Assembly: GCA_965277285.1 (NCBI GenBank)
Contig: OZ255721.1
Coordinates: 3,040,001-3,104,000 of the forward strand
Reading direction: 5' to 3'
From: Abditibacteriaceae bacterium
GTDB lineage: Bacteria; Armatimonadota; Abditibacteriia; Abditibacteriales; Abditibacteriaceae
Length of the DNA: 64,000 nt
Of the stretch, positions 50,610 through 60,624 are shown piece after piece; the stretch's first letter is position 1, and every line of letters starts with the position of its first letter. The position numbers and the translations under genes are program-made. The notes below the pieces were generated by a model that saw only the letters and a program-made list of their open reading frames with translations, was not told where the DNA came from and ran no database searches.

Positions 50610-53234
50610 ATGCGGTCTCATCGTTCGTCACGCCTTGCCCCGTCGCACCGTTCCATTTTGCAACGTTCTCGTCGTTTATCTCCCGAAGCGCGCGCCCTGC
50701 GTGCCCTGGCCGCCGGAACTTTAGCTGGCGCCATCGGCAGTCCTTTTATCGCGCGCGCCGATGAAGCCAACGCTCCGTCGACTGCGACAAACAATGCGTC
50801 GGCGCGCCTGGAGCAACTGGGCGGCAACCAAAATGTCGGTCAAGGGCCGCGCGTTTCGATTGTGGCGCCTTCTTATTCCGACTTGGTGCGCGGCGATACG
50901 GCGATTGTGATCGCAGTGGAAGCCAGCGGTTCGCCCACTAAATCGGTTCAATTGTTTGTCGATGGTGTTTCGGCGAGCGGCGGCGGCGCGATTCCTTTTG
51001 AGAATTTGCCGTCGGCGCAATTCAACTGGCAAACCTCCAAATTTAGGGACGGACAGCATCAATTGAGCGTGCGCGTGACCGATGCCAATGGTTTTATCGG
51101 CCAAGCCGACACGCAGGTTTACATCAACAACAGCGGGCAAACCACGATTTCGGCGCCCAAGCTGAACTGGATGAACGTCCATGACGGCGATTTGTTGCAC
51201 GGGCAAGCCGATTTGCAATTGCAGGCTGGCAGCGGTTTCGGCGTCAAGTACATCGTTATCACGGTGAACTCGATTGCCAATCCCGACCGCTTGCCGCCAT
51301 TGCGCGCCAGCCTCATTAATCGCGCGCCGTATGTTTATTCGCTGGACACAATGCGCTTGCCGGATGGCGTTTATGTTCTCAAGGCGCGCGGCTACGACGT
51401 TTTGCAAAACGAAGGCGAAACCAAGCAAGTCACTTTTGGCGTTTCCAATAACGGCCTCAATCCGACTGTTATCGAGCGATTGAGCGAAGTGATGAGCAAG
51501 CAGAAACCGGAGCAGGACGCTTCGACTGCGCAACTTCCGGTCGCTTCGAGTACTCGAAATGTGGCGCGCGCCAGTGTTCTGACGACGCAAATTCATCCTG
51601 AAGCGCGTCGGACTCCGTCACAGAACGCTGTCGCTGACCAAAACGCCGCGAAAAACATTGCGACGAAGAATGTCGTTCAAAAAAGCGTTGTCAAAAACGT
51701 CGGCCACACATCCAAAGCCGTGAAGGCTTCGACGATAACGGTTCAAAAGTCGCAGTTGCGTGTTGCCACCACGAAAACAGTCGCCCCGAAAACTTCCACG
51801 CCGATGCGCGTCGCATCAGCGCCGGTTGCGATTACGCACAGCCGTTCGGTGGATGCGGCGCAGTTGATTTTGCCTCGTCCGTCGCTGACGGCAGCCAACC
51901 TTGCGACCTCGGTCGAACCTTCTCTTCAAACCTCGACAAAAGTGTCCGTTTTTGCCGATGACACAATGTTTCGCGCGAAAATCTCGTTGCCCGTTCTGCG
52001 TGAGAGCCGTAATAACATTGGGACGGTTGTTTCGAGTACTCGATGGGCGCAGGCGCCGCGAATTTCGTCAATCGCAAATGCCGCAACTACGGCACCGTCT
52101 TTGACGATGGCTGTTGCGTCGCCCGGCGTAGGAAGTATTGCTCCGGTCGCAAAAAGCACGACGGTTGCCGCAGGACCGGTTTCTGCTCTTCCTTTGTCGC
52201 CAGAAATGCGCCAATCACGCTCGCTGTCAAGCGTCCTTCCCGCAAAATCGGCCTCGTCGCCGGAAATGCGCAAGTCGCGCCCGATTCTCGGCGTGGTTCC
52301 GACGAAGGTCGCTGCGCCACGCGTTGATGTCAGCACGACTGTCGGAAACCGTAAGTCATCAACGGTTGCGACGCCGGAGCGTTTGGCGATGGCGCCGGAC
52401 ACGCGTCGTGGAACGGTGCCTTTTGGTGCTGCGACAACGCTTGATACGACGCATCAAAATGCGACGACGCGCGCGATTGGCGCCGCTCAGCAAAGTGCGC
52501 CGTTGCACATGACGACGGCGGTCTTGTCTGCGACCGATGCGCGGATCGCCGGAAGTGCGATGCATGCGGTTCGTGGAAACGACCAGTCGCGCGGCGTGCG
52601 TCAGTTGATTTCGTTGCCGAGCACGTTGGGTACGCCGTCGCGCTCGAACACGAACACGCCGCGCACCAATCCCGCGATCACGATGTCGCCAGCGACAGTT
52701 GCGGCTTTGGGAACGCGAGGCGCGGCGGGAACGCTTCCGGCTTTGCACGTTGTGGCAAAAGGCGAAACGCTGCGTTCAGTGGCCGCGCGTTATGGTTTGC
52801 CCGTTGAAACGCTGGCCAGCGTTAACGCATTGCCGGAGAAAGCGGTTTTGAAGACGGGCGAAAAATTGAATTTGCCGCGCGCCCTCAACTTCCGCTTCAG
52901 CGGCGAAAACAAGAGCAGCGACATCGGCGCGATCATGGTCGGCGAAACCAGCGTGGCGCCGTTCCGCTTCTTGTTCGAGCAGCAGGGCGGCACGATTCGC
53001 TGGGACGAAGCGCATCAGCGCATCACCGCGACCAATGGCACAAATCAGGTCACGTTGTCCATCGGCAGCCGCGAAGCGACCGTCAACGACCGCAAAGTAA
53101 TGATGGATTTGGCGGCGTTCCTGTTGAGCGGACGCACCATGGTGCCAATTCGCTTTTTCGAGAAAGCGTTGCAAGCGCAGGTTCAGTGGGAGCCGAGCAC
53201 GGGACGCATTTACATCTCGATGAGCAACGGCTAA
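50610..53234 (+). CDS. Large secreted protein: Ig-like domains, low-complexity linker, LysM, copper-amine-oxidase N-terminal-like domain
   Basis: AGGAGG RBS; HVVAKGETLRSVAARYG (LysM); GRTMVPIRF. Confidence 0.8.
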   Translation: MRSHRSSRLAPSHRSILQRSRRLSPEARALRALAAGTLAGAIGSPFIARADEANAPSTATNNASARLEQLGGNQNVGQGPRVSIVAPSYSDLVRGDTAIVIAVEASGSPTKSVQLFVDGVSASGGGAIPFENLPSAQFNWQTSKFRDGQHQLSVRVTDANGFIGQADTQVYINNSGQTTISAPKLNWMNVHDGDLLHGQADLQLQAGSGFGVKYIVITVNSIANPDRLPPLRASLINRAPYVYSLDTMRLPDGVYVLKARGYDVLQNEGETKQVTFGVSNNGLNPTVIERLSEVMSKQKPEQDASTAQLPVASSTRNVARASVLTTQIHPEARRTPSQNAVADQNAAKNIATKNVVQKSVVKNVGHTSKAVKASTITVQKSQLRVATTKTVAPKTSTPMRVASAPVAITHSRSVDAAQLILPRPSLTAANLATSVEPSLQTSTKVSVFADDTMFRAKISLPVLRESRNNIGTVVSSTRWAQAPRISSIANAATTAPSLTMAVASPGVGSIAPVAKSTTVAAGPVSALPLSPEMRQSRSLSSVLPAKSASSPEMRKSRPILGVVPTKVAAPRVDVSTTVGNRKSSTVATPERLAMAPDTRRGTVPFGAATTLDTTHQNATTRAIGAAQQSAPLHMTTAVLSATDARIAGSAMHAVRGNDQSRGVRQLISLPSTLGTPSRSNTNTPRTNPAITMSPATVAALGTRGAAGTLPALHVVAKGETLRSVAARYGLPVETLASVNALPEKAVLKTGEKLNLPRALNFRFSGENKSSDIGAIMVGETSVAPFRFLFEQQGGTIRWDEAHQRITATNGTNQVTLSIGSREATVNDRKVMMDLAAFLLSGRTMVPIRFFEKALQAQVQWEPSTGRIYISMSNG

Positions 53235-53253
53235 TCGTTGTTGCGCCGAATGG

Positions 53254-53284
53254 AAAGCCGTCCGCGCTGTGCGGGCGGCTTTTT
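53254..53284 (+). terminator. Intrinsic terminator
   Basis: AAAGCCGTCCGC-loop-GCGGGCGGCTTTTT. Confidence 0.7.
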
Positions 53285-53385
53285 CGTGTCTGACGTTTAG
53301 GTTAGAATAAAGCCGAATAAATATATACACTGATGTAGAGTTTTATTTTGCAATCGAGTACTCGATTGTCCCCCAAAGGTTTCCT

Positions 53386-53679
53386 GTGCGTTTATCTTCT
53401 GAAGAAATCGACCACATCGCGCTGCTGGCTCGCCTGGAACTTTCGCCCGTCGAACGCGAGCGCGCCGCGACCGAATTGTCGCAAATCCTCGATCACTTCG
53501 AGCAATTGAAGCAGCTCGATACCGAAAACGTTGCGCCAACCAGCCACGTTTTTCCCGTCACAAATGTTTTGCGCCGCGATGAAGTGCGCCCAAGTTTGCC
53601 GCTCGATGCCGTCTTGCAAAACGCGCCCGAAAGCGCCGCAGGACAATTCCAAGTGCCACGCGTCGTCGAAGCGGAATAA
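53386..53679 (+). CDS. gatC: Asp/Glu-tRNA amidotransferase subunit C
   Basis: HIALLARL, DTENVAPTSH, NAPE...FQVPRV. Confidence 0.93.
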   Translation: MRLSSEEIDHIALLARLELSPVERERAATELSQILDHFEQLKQLDTENVAPTSHVFPVTNVLRRDEVRPSLPLDAVLQNAPESAAGQFQVPRVVEAE

Positions 53680-53811
53680 CAATGCAAAGGATGAAGGATG
53701 AGTTGTGAAGGATGAACTCGAGTACTCGAGTACTCGATATTAAAACTGTGTCGTTTCAGTTTTCGCGTTCGGCTTCATCCTTCATAATTTATTCTTCAGC
53801 CTTCTTCTCCT

Positions 53812-55272
53812 ATGTCTCTTACTCAACTTTCCGCGCACCAGATCGCGCACCAAATCAAATCGAAATCGCTGTCGTGCCGCGAAGTGACAGACGCGTTTTT
53901 AGAGCGCATCGAAGTCGTTGAAGATCGCGTCAAATCGTTTGTCACGGTGACGGGCGATGAAGCGCGGCGTCGCGCCGATTCGCTGGATCGTCGTCTGGCG
54001 CAAGGCGAAGAATTGGGGCCGTTGGGCGGCGTGCCGATTGCGGTCAAGGATTTGTTGTGTACGCGTGGCGTGCGCACAACGTGTTCTTCCAAAATGCTCG
54101 AAAACTTCGTGCCGCCGTATGACGCGCACGTTGTCGAGCGTTTGGCGGTCGATGGCGCGGTCACAATTGGCAAGGCGAATATGGACGAGTTCGCCATGGG
54201 AAGTTCGACGGAAAACTCGGCGTTTTTTCCGACGCGCAACCCGTGGGATTTAAGTTGTGTGCCAGGCGGCAGCTCGGGCGGTTCGACGGCTGCCGTCGCC
54301 GCGCTTGAAGCGCCGCTTGCGTTGGGCAGCGATACCGGTGGAAGTATTCGCCAACCGGCGGCCTATTGCGGATGCGTCGGTTTGAAGCCGACTTATGGCC
54401 TGGTTTCGCGCTATGGATTGATCGCTTTTGCCAGTTCGCTCGATCAAATCGGGCCGATCGCCAACGATGTGCGCGATTGCGCTCTGCTGCTGCAAACTAT
54501 CGCCGGACACGACAAGCGCGACACCACGAGCGTCAATCAATCAGTTCCCGATTACAGCAAAGCCTTGACGGGCGACATCAAAGGTTTGCGCGTCGGCGTT
54601 CCCCGCGAGTTTTTCGCGCAAGGCGTCGAAACGTATGTCGTTGAAGCCGTTCAAACGGCGATCAAGAAATATGAAGAGTTGGGCGCGCACGTTGTCGAAG
54701 TTTCGATGCCGTCCGTTGAATACGCGCTGGCGACGTATTACATCATCGCGCCCAGCGAGGCCTCGTCTAATCTGGCGCGCTACGACGGCGTGCAATATGG
54801 ACTTCGAATACTCGAACAAGGCGATGACATCATTCAAATGCTGTCGAAAACGCGCGCCGCAGGTTTCGGCCACGAAGTGCAACATCGCATTCTCATCGGC
54901 ACGCACGCGCTGAGTTCGGGTTTTTACGACGCGTATTATCTCAAGGCGCAAAAAGTGCGAACCTTGATTCGGCAGGATTTCGCGCGCGCTTTTGAAGTTT
55001 GCGACGTTTTGGCGACGCCGACTGCACCGACGACAGCGTTCAAGTTGGGCGATAAAACCGGTGATCCGTTTGCGATGAAATTGGCGGACGTTTGCACGAT
55101 TCCCGTCAATATGGCGGGACTTCCGGCGATGTCTTTGCCGTGTGGCTTCCATGAAAATCTTCCGATTGGCTTGCAACTGATCGGCAATTTGCTGGACGAA
55201 AGCACGCTTTTGCGCGCCGCGCACGCTTACGAACAAGCGACCGAATGGCACAAACAGCGCGCGAAACTGTAA
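53812..55272 (+). CDS. gatA: Asp/Glu-tRNA amidotransferase subunit A
   Basis: [39 protein letters not shown]. Confidence 0.97.
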   Translation: MSLTQLSAHQIAHQIKSKSLSCREVTDAFLERIEVVEDRVKSFVTVTGDEARRRADSLDRRLAQGEELGPLGGVPIAVKDLLCTRGVRTTCSSKMLENFVPPYDAHVVERLAVDGAVTIGKANMDEFAMGSSTENSAFFPTRNPWDLSCVPGGSSGGSTAAVAALEAPLALGSDTGGSIRQPAAYCGCVGLKPTYGLVSRYGLIAFASSLDQIGPIANDVRDCALLLQTIAGHDKRDTTSVNQSVPDYSKALTGDIKGLRVGVPREFFAQGVETYVVEAVQTAIKKYEELGAHVVEVSMPSVEYALATYYIIAPSEASSNLARYDGVQYGLRILEQGDDIIQMLSKTRAAGFGHEVQHRILIGTHALSSGFYDAYYLKAQKVRTLIRQDFARAFEVCDVLATPTAPTTAFKLGDKTGDPFAMKLADVCTIPVNMAGLPAMSLPCGFHENLPIGLQLIGNLLDESTLLRAAHAYEQATEWHKQRAKL

Positions 55273-55392
55273 TCGAGTACTCGAATGGCGGATCGATTTT
55301 GACGGAATAGAATGTGAGTAAGAGTTCGTCATTCTGAGAATCAGTTGAAAAAGTCCGCACAACGTCTTCAAACTCGTAGTTTGTCATTCTGA

Positions 55393-56249
55393 GAGGGTGT
55401 ATAGGAATCACGCAAGCCTTCGGAGCATAAGCCGGATCATGGCGAGATAAATCCAGGTTTCACTTGATTTGACATTTTGCTCATAGTCTTTTGAAAGCCT
55501 TCGACATCTTCCCAACCATGCAAAAGTTCTTTCGACAACCCAGCGACGCGGCAACGGCACGTAGCCTTTGTTTTCATATTGACGGTTCACCAGGGCATTG
55601 CGGCTTATCACTCGGAGCGCAACGCCACAGTTTTCTCGCACCCAAGCCGCGAACTTGTGTCCCCAGTAGCCTGCATCCGCCCAAATCAACTGCAAACGTT
55701 GTGAAGGAAAGCGCCACAGGGCTTTGTCTTGCAAAAGTAATTTGGCTCCGTCACGCTCTTGAACGTTGGCAGCATGAACACACACTTGCAACAACAAGCC
55801 GTTGGTATCCACCAGAATATGACGCTTGCGCCCTTTTATTTTCTTGGCTGCATCAAAGCCTTTTGGCCCCCTTTTTCTGTGGTTTTGACGCTCTGGCTGT
55901 CCAGAATCGCTGCGCTGGGCGCCTCATCCCGTCCATCGGCCTGGCGCACTTGAGAACGCAACGAACTGTGGATACCTTCGAGAGTGCCGTTGTCACGCCA
56001 GCGCCGGAAGTGATACCAAACCACAGTGTAAGGCGGAAAATCGTGAGGCAAAGCACGCCACGAGCAGCCGTTGGTCAACTGATACAACAAAGCGTTGACG
56101 ATCTCGCGTTGGGCGTAAAGCCTGCGCGTACCGCGCGCACGCTGTGGCTCGATCAAAGGGCGCAGCACTTGCCATTGTGCCTCGCTCAAATCACTGGGAT
56201 AGCTCTGGCGTTTCATAAATGTAAGTCTAACCCTTTCCTATACACCCTC
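55393..56249 (-). mobile_element. IS5-family insertion sequence (IS1031-like), about 857 bp
   Basis: 15-bp perfect TIRs GAGGGTGTATAGGAA / TTCCTATACACCCTC; TGA and TAA flanks; split transposase. Confidence 0.9.
55408..56216 (-). CDS. IS5-family DDE transposase split by a -1 frameshift at AAAAAGGGGG (about 55866-55876)
   Basis: orf[24 protein letters not shown]; orf[17 protein letters not shown]. Confidence 0.88.
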
Positions 56250-56311
56250 TAAGCGCAGCGAAGAATCTATATGAAAAGCCAGATTCTTCGCTGCGCTCAG
56301 AATGACAAACT
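56250..56311. repeat. Right part of a family A hairpin interrupted by the IS5 element (left part 55378-55392)
   Basis: AGTTTGTCATTCTGA + [IS] + GCGCAGCGAAGAATCT...AGAATGACAAACT. Confidence 0.85.
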
Positions 56312-56349
56312 TTTACTTCGTTCATTCGTTAAAGGCGCAAAGGAAAATT

Positions 56350-56812
56350 ATGAAAGCGAAAATCGGCTGGATGGTTTTGTTGTCGTTGATGTTTGCGCGT
56401 GTCGCAATGGCCGCGCCGCTCAACCCAACGCAGATGCGCGCGATGAAAGCGGTTTACGCGCAGCAGGACAAGGCGCTGCTGGCCAAAAACTTGGACGCTT
56501 TTATGGCGCGCCGATGTCAACTTTCAGCGTAAAACGCGCAGTGGCCAGATGCGGACGGGTCGTGCTCTGGAGCGCGCCTATGTGCGGGAGGGTTTTCAAC
56601 ACATCAAATCGTTCGCTTCCGTCCGCACCACGCTGACCAAAACCGCTTTCGCCGGCAACAAAATCGTTGTTGTCGCGCTGATTCGGTTTTCCGCTGTGGT
56701 TCGCAATTCGGAAGGCAAAGGCGCGCTCCTATCTTCGACTTCGACTTCGCGCGACACCTGGATTCCCACGCGCAGCGGCTGGCGCATACGCCTGACCGAA
56801 GAGTTGAGCTAA
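56350..56812 (+). pseudogene. Frameshifted secreted NTF2/DUF4440-like protein
   Basis: Signal peptide in one frame (MKAKIGW...), C-terminal RDTWIPTRSGWRI in another; break at about 56505-56560. Confidence 0.55.
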
Positions 56813-56848
56813 GCCGAATCGAGTACTCGAACGACGCAAAGGAACATT

Positions 56849-57361
56849 ATGAGAATAAAAACTGTGTGGACGTTGCTGTTGTTGAGCTTGATGATTCGCG
56901 TCAGTTGTGCGGCAGAAAAGCCGTTGCGACCTGCGACAGCGGCGGAACTGAAGGCGTTCAACAAGCTATTTTTGCAAGGACGCCAAGCCACTTTGCGCCG
57001 CGACAGGCGTTTTCTGGCCAGCCGATTAGCTCCGAACTTTACCATTCGTGACTTGAAAAGAACGATGAACCGCGCGCAATATCTTCGTTATATGGATGCT
57101 GTGGATAAGGTGATTGTCAAATTTGACGCGGCGAATTTTACAATAGAAACGCTCGGTTTTCGTGACAAACGCGCTTTTGTTACGGCGACAAATATGAACG
57201 CTTTTACGATGCGCGATCATAGTGGGAAACTTCGCCATGTGAAGGCCACGAATCGTTTAAACAGCGTATGGATTTCGACGCCGCGCGGTTGGTTGAGCGA
57301 GTCAGCGATTCAAATAGCCGAACGCGGTTGGATTGATGGACACGAAGTTCGGTCGCGTTGA
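56849..57361 (+). CDS. Secreted NTF2/DUF4440-like protein
   Basis: Signal peptide; LAPNFTI; VWISTPRGW. Confidence 0.65.
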   Translation: MRIKTVWTLLLLSLMIRVSCAAEKPLRPATAAELKAFNKLFLQGRQATLRRDRRFLASRLAPNFTIRDLKRTMNRAQYLRYMDAVDKVIVKFDAANFTIETLGFRDKRAFVTATNMNAFTMRDHSGKLRHVKATNRLNSVWISTPRGWLSESAIQIAERGWIDGHEVRSR

Positions 57362-57406
57362 ATAGAAGCGAATCGCATACTCGATTTATTGCAGAGAACC
57401 TTATTT

Positions 57407-58435
57407 ATGAGTGAAGAAAAGATTGTTTCGGCTGAACCTGCGAAGCGCAAAATCAACAAGCCGCCGGTGTTGTTTGAGAAAACGCAGAAGCTGATCGCGC
57501 AATTGGAAGACGAATGCGACGGCACGTTTTTGTCGTATTGGACTTCGTATGGCGGCAGCGTGTGCGACAGCGATGTCGTCGGCTTGCACGAAATTTTGCA
57601 AAGCATCGGCGCGCGCGAACGCGTCGTCGTCTTCGTCAAGTCGGACGGCGGTTCGGGTTTGGCAGCGCTGCGCATCGTGCATCTGCTGCGCCATTACGCG
57701 TCTCATGTGCGCGTGCTCGTGCCGCTGGCGTGCGCTTCCGCCGCCACAATGGTCGCGCTGGGCGCTGATGAAATCCATATGGGGCCGCTGGCGTATTTGA
57801 CCGCAGTTGATACGTCTCTGACGCACGATTTGTCGCCGATTGATTCTTATAACCGCCGCGTTTCGGTCAGCCAGGACGAGTTGACACGCACCATCAAATT
57901 GTGGCAACGTGAAGCGCAGGGCGATGAATCGAATCCGTATCAGGCGTTGTATCAGCACGTTCATCCGCTTGTAATTGGCGCGGTGGATCGTTCGAGTTCG
58001 TTGTCGATCAAGGTTTGCACCGATATTTTGTCGCATCACATGAGCGACCGCGCGCAGGCCGAGAAAATCAGTCATCATTTGAACAACGATTATCCCGCGC
58101 ACGATTATCCGATTATGCTGGAAGAAGCGCGGCGCATCGGCCTCAACGTGCAGCCTTTGGAACCGCGCTTGAATCATTTGTTGCTGGAATTGAACAAGGT
58201 GTATTCGGAAATGGGTCAAAAGGCGACGACGCATTTCGATGAGCATCATTATCACAACAACGCGATTTTGAATATCTTGGAAGGCCGCAACATTCAGGTT
58301 TATTTCCAGAACGATGTCGACTGGCATTATCGCGCCGAAGAGCGGCGTTGGGCGCGCTTGGAAGACCAAAGCTCGTGGTATAAAGCCGAGCGTAGAAACG
58401 GTAAAATCCATAAGGCGCTTTTCTATAACAGTTAA
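57407..58435 (+). CDS. ClpP/S49-class serine protease-like (SDH family) protein
   Basis: KSDGG, ACASAATMVALGADEIHMG. Confidence 0.75.
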   Translation: MSEEKIVSAEPAKRKINKPPVLFEKTQKLIAQLEDECDGTFLSYWTSYGGSVCDSDVVGLHEILQSIGARERVVVFVKSDGGSGLAALRIVHLLRHYASHVRVLVPLACASAATMVALGADEIHMGPLAYLTAVDTSLTHDLSPIDSYNRRVSVSQDELTRTIKLWQREAQGDESNPYQALYQHVHPLVIGAVDRSSSLSIKVCTDILSHHMSDRAQAEKISHHLNNDYPAHDYPIMLEEARRIGLNVQPLEPRLNHLLLELNKVYSEMGQKATTHFDEHHYHNNAILNILEGRNIQVYFQNDVDWHYRAEERRWARLEDQSSWYKAERRNGKIHKALFYNS

Positions 58436-58516
58436 GCGACTTTGTTGACTTACGAAATCGAGTACTCGATTCGTGATATTTTTGGACGGGCGCCAGCAGG
58501 CGCACAGGAGAAAGCA

Positions 58517-59038
58517 ATGCAGACATTTCGTTCCGCCATTCGTCCCACCGCCGTTTTGATGAGTGCTCTCGCGTTGACGGCAAGCGTGGCGCCGCGCGTT
58601 TCGGCCGCGCCGTATCGCAGCGCCAACGGTTACACGATCACGCCGCCCGCGGGTTGGACAACTTCGCACGGCACGCCAGGAACCGAAGTCGTGTTTATGA
58701 GCAAAACGCGCGAGAACATCAACGTGGTGACGGTGGCCGTTCCTAAAAGCGTCACTCTGGAGCAGGCGCGCGCGGCGGGAGTGGCACAAATGCGCCGCGT
58801 AATGACCAACTACAAAGTGTTGGGTCAAGGCTACACAACGTTGGGCGGACAGCGCGCCGCCGTTCTGGTTTCGGGCTACATGCTGAGCCAGCCGCCCATC
58901 AAGGTGCGCGCGTATCAAGCGTTCGCCATCCACAACGGCAAACTGGTTGCTTTTACCTGCACGGCGCGCGAGGCGACGTTCGGCAAATACAACAGCGCAT
59001 TTATGGGCGCGCTGTCTTCGGTGCGCTGGACGAAGTAA
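58517..59038 (+). CDS. Secreted PsbP/DUF1795-like protein
   Basis: AGGAG RBS, signal peptide, ITPPAGW, ENINV. Confidence 0.6.
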   Translation: MQTFRSAIRPTAVLMSALALTASVAPRVSAAPYRSANGYTITPPAGWTTSHGTPGTEVVFMSKTRENINVVTVAVPKSVTLEQARAAGVAQMRRVMTNYKVLGQGYTTLGGQRAAVLVSGYMLSQPPIKVRAYQAFAIHNGKLVAFTCTAREATFGKYNSAFMGALSSVRWTK

Positions 59039-59068
59039 AACGAAATTCTCCCTTCCGCCTTCTTCCCT

Positions 59069-60535
59069 ATGTCAAAATATGAAATCGTCATCGGCATGGA
59101 AGTTCATGCCGAACTTCTTACTCAATCGAAGCAGTTTTGTGGTTGCGCGAATGTCGCTCTGGCGCCGCCGAACACGCACGTTTGTCCGGTTTGCCTGGGC
59201 TTTCCTGGAAGCCTTCCAGTTCTCAACGCCAAGAGCGTCGATCTTTCGTTGCGCACGGTTTTGGCGTTCGGTTCTAAAATTAATCGCGATTGTATTTTCG
59301 AGCGCAAGAATTATTTTTATCCCGATTTGCCCAAAGCCTATCAAACCACGCAGGCGATGTTGCCGCTGGGCGAAGGCGGTTTTATCGAAATTGATGTGCC
59401 GCAAACCGATGAAAACGGCGTATCGAGTACTCGAACGCAGCGCGTCACGTTGCACGATGTTCACATGGAAGAAGACACCGGCAAATCTCAGCACGGCGAA
59501 AGCATTGGCGACCCCTCTTCCAGCTTGATCGACTACAATCGCTCGGGCGTGCCGCTGCTTGAAATCGTCTCCAATCCCGATATGCGCAGCGTTGAAGAAG
59601 CCGAAGCGTATATGACGGCGCTGCGCCAATTGCTGCTTTATCTCGAAGTCAGCGATTGCAAAATGGAGCAGGGACGCTTGCGCTTTGAAGCGAGCCTTTC
59701 GCTGCGACCTTTTGGTCAGGAAAAACTGGGCACGCGCGTCGAAGTAAAAAACCTCAACTCGATGAAAGCGGTGCGAGACAGTTTGCGTTCGGAAATCGCG
59801 CGCCAGACCAAAGTTTTGGATAGCGGCGGCATTGTCGAGCAGCAAACGATGTTGTGGGACGACGCATCGGGAACCACGCAGCCGATGCGCAGCAAGGAAC
59901 AAGCGCACGATTATCGTTATTTTCCTGAACCGGATTTGGTGCCGCTTTCGATTGATGATGCGTGGCTCCATCGCGTTCAAGGCGAAATGCCGGAATTGCC
60001 GCGCGCGCGCAAACAACGTTTCCAAGAATTGGGCTTATCGCCGTATGAAGCCGAAGTTTTAACCGCTTCGCGCGAACTGGCCGACTTTTACGAACGCGTG
60101 ATTGAAGGTTTCGGCAAACCAAAAATCGTCTCGAACTGGGTTTCCAACGAACTTTTGGGACGCTTGAACAACGAAAGCAAAACCGTCGCGGAATCGCCGG
60201 TTTCGCCCGACAAGTTGCGCGATTTGTTGAAGTTGCTGGACGCGGGCACGATTTCCGGCAAAATCGCCAAGGAAGTTTTCGACGAAATGTTCGCCAGTGG
60301 CCGCGACGCAGAAAGCATCGTCCGCGAAAAAGGCCTGACGCAAATGAGCGACACCAGCGAACTCGAAGCGATTTGCGCCAAAGTCCTTGCGGCCAATGCG
60401 CGCGCAGTGGAAGATTTCAAAGCGGGCAAAGAAAAATCGTTTGGCGCTCTGGTCGGCGGCGTGATGAAGGAAACCAAAGGCCGCGCCAACCCCAATTTGG
60501 TCAATGAATTGTTGCGAAAAATGTTGACTTCGTAG
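59069..60535 (+). CDS. gatB: Asp/Glu-tRNA amidotransferase subunit B
   Basis: IGMEVHAEL, RKNYFYPDLPK, DYNRSGVPLLEIVS, DYRYFPEPDL. Confidence 0.97.
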   Translation: MSKYEIVIGMEVHAELLTQSKQFCGCANVALAPPNTHVCPVCLGFPGSLPVLNAKSVDLSLRTVLAFGSKINRDCIFERKNYFYPDLPKAYQTTQAMLPLGEGGFIEIDVPQTDENGVSSTRTQRVTLHDVHMEEDTGKSQHGESIGDPSSSLIDYNRSGVPLLEIVSNPDMRSVEEAEAYMTALRQLLLYLEVSDCKMEQGRLRFEASLSLRPFGQEKLGTRVEVKNLNSMKAVRDSLRSEIARQTKVLDSGGIVEQQTMLWDDASGTTQPMRSKEQAHDYRYFPEPDLVPLSIDDAWLHRVQGEMPELPRARKQRFQELGLSPYEAEVLTASRELADFYERVIEGFGKPKIVSNWVSNELLGRLNNESKTVAESPVSPDKLRDLLKLLDAGTISGKIAKEVFDEMFASGRDAESIVREKGLTQMSDTSELEAICAKVLAANARAVEDFKAGKEKSFGALVGGVMKETKGRANPNLVNELLRKMLTS

Positions 60536-60596
60536 GGGCGTGGTTTCCCGCCCGATTTGCGCCTGATGAACAACGGGCGAGAAACCACGCCCCTAC
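60532..60596. repeat. GTAG-tagged REP doublet overlapping the gatB stop
   Basis: GTAGGGGCGTGGTTTCCCGCCC...GGGCGAGAAACCACGCCCCTAC. Confidence 0.8.
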
Positions 60597-60624
60597 AAGT
60601 CGCATCGAGTACTCGAAAATCAAT

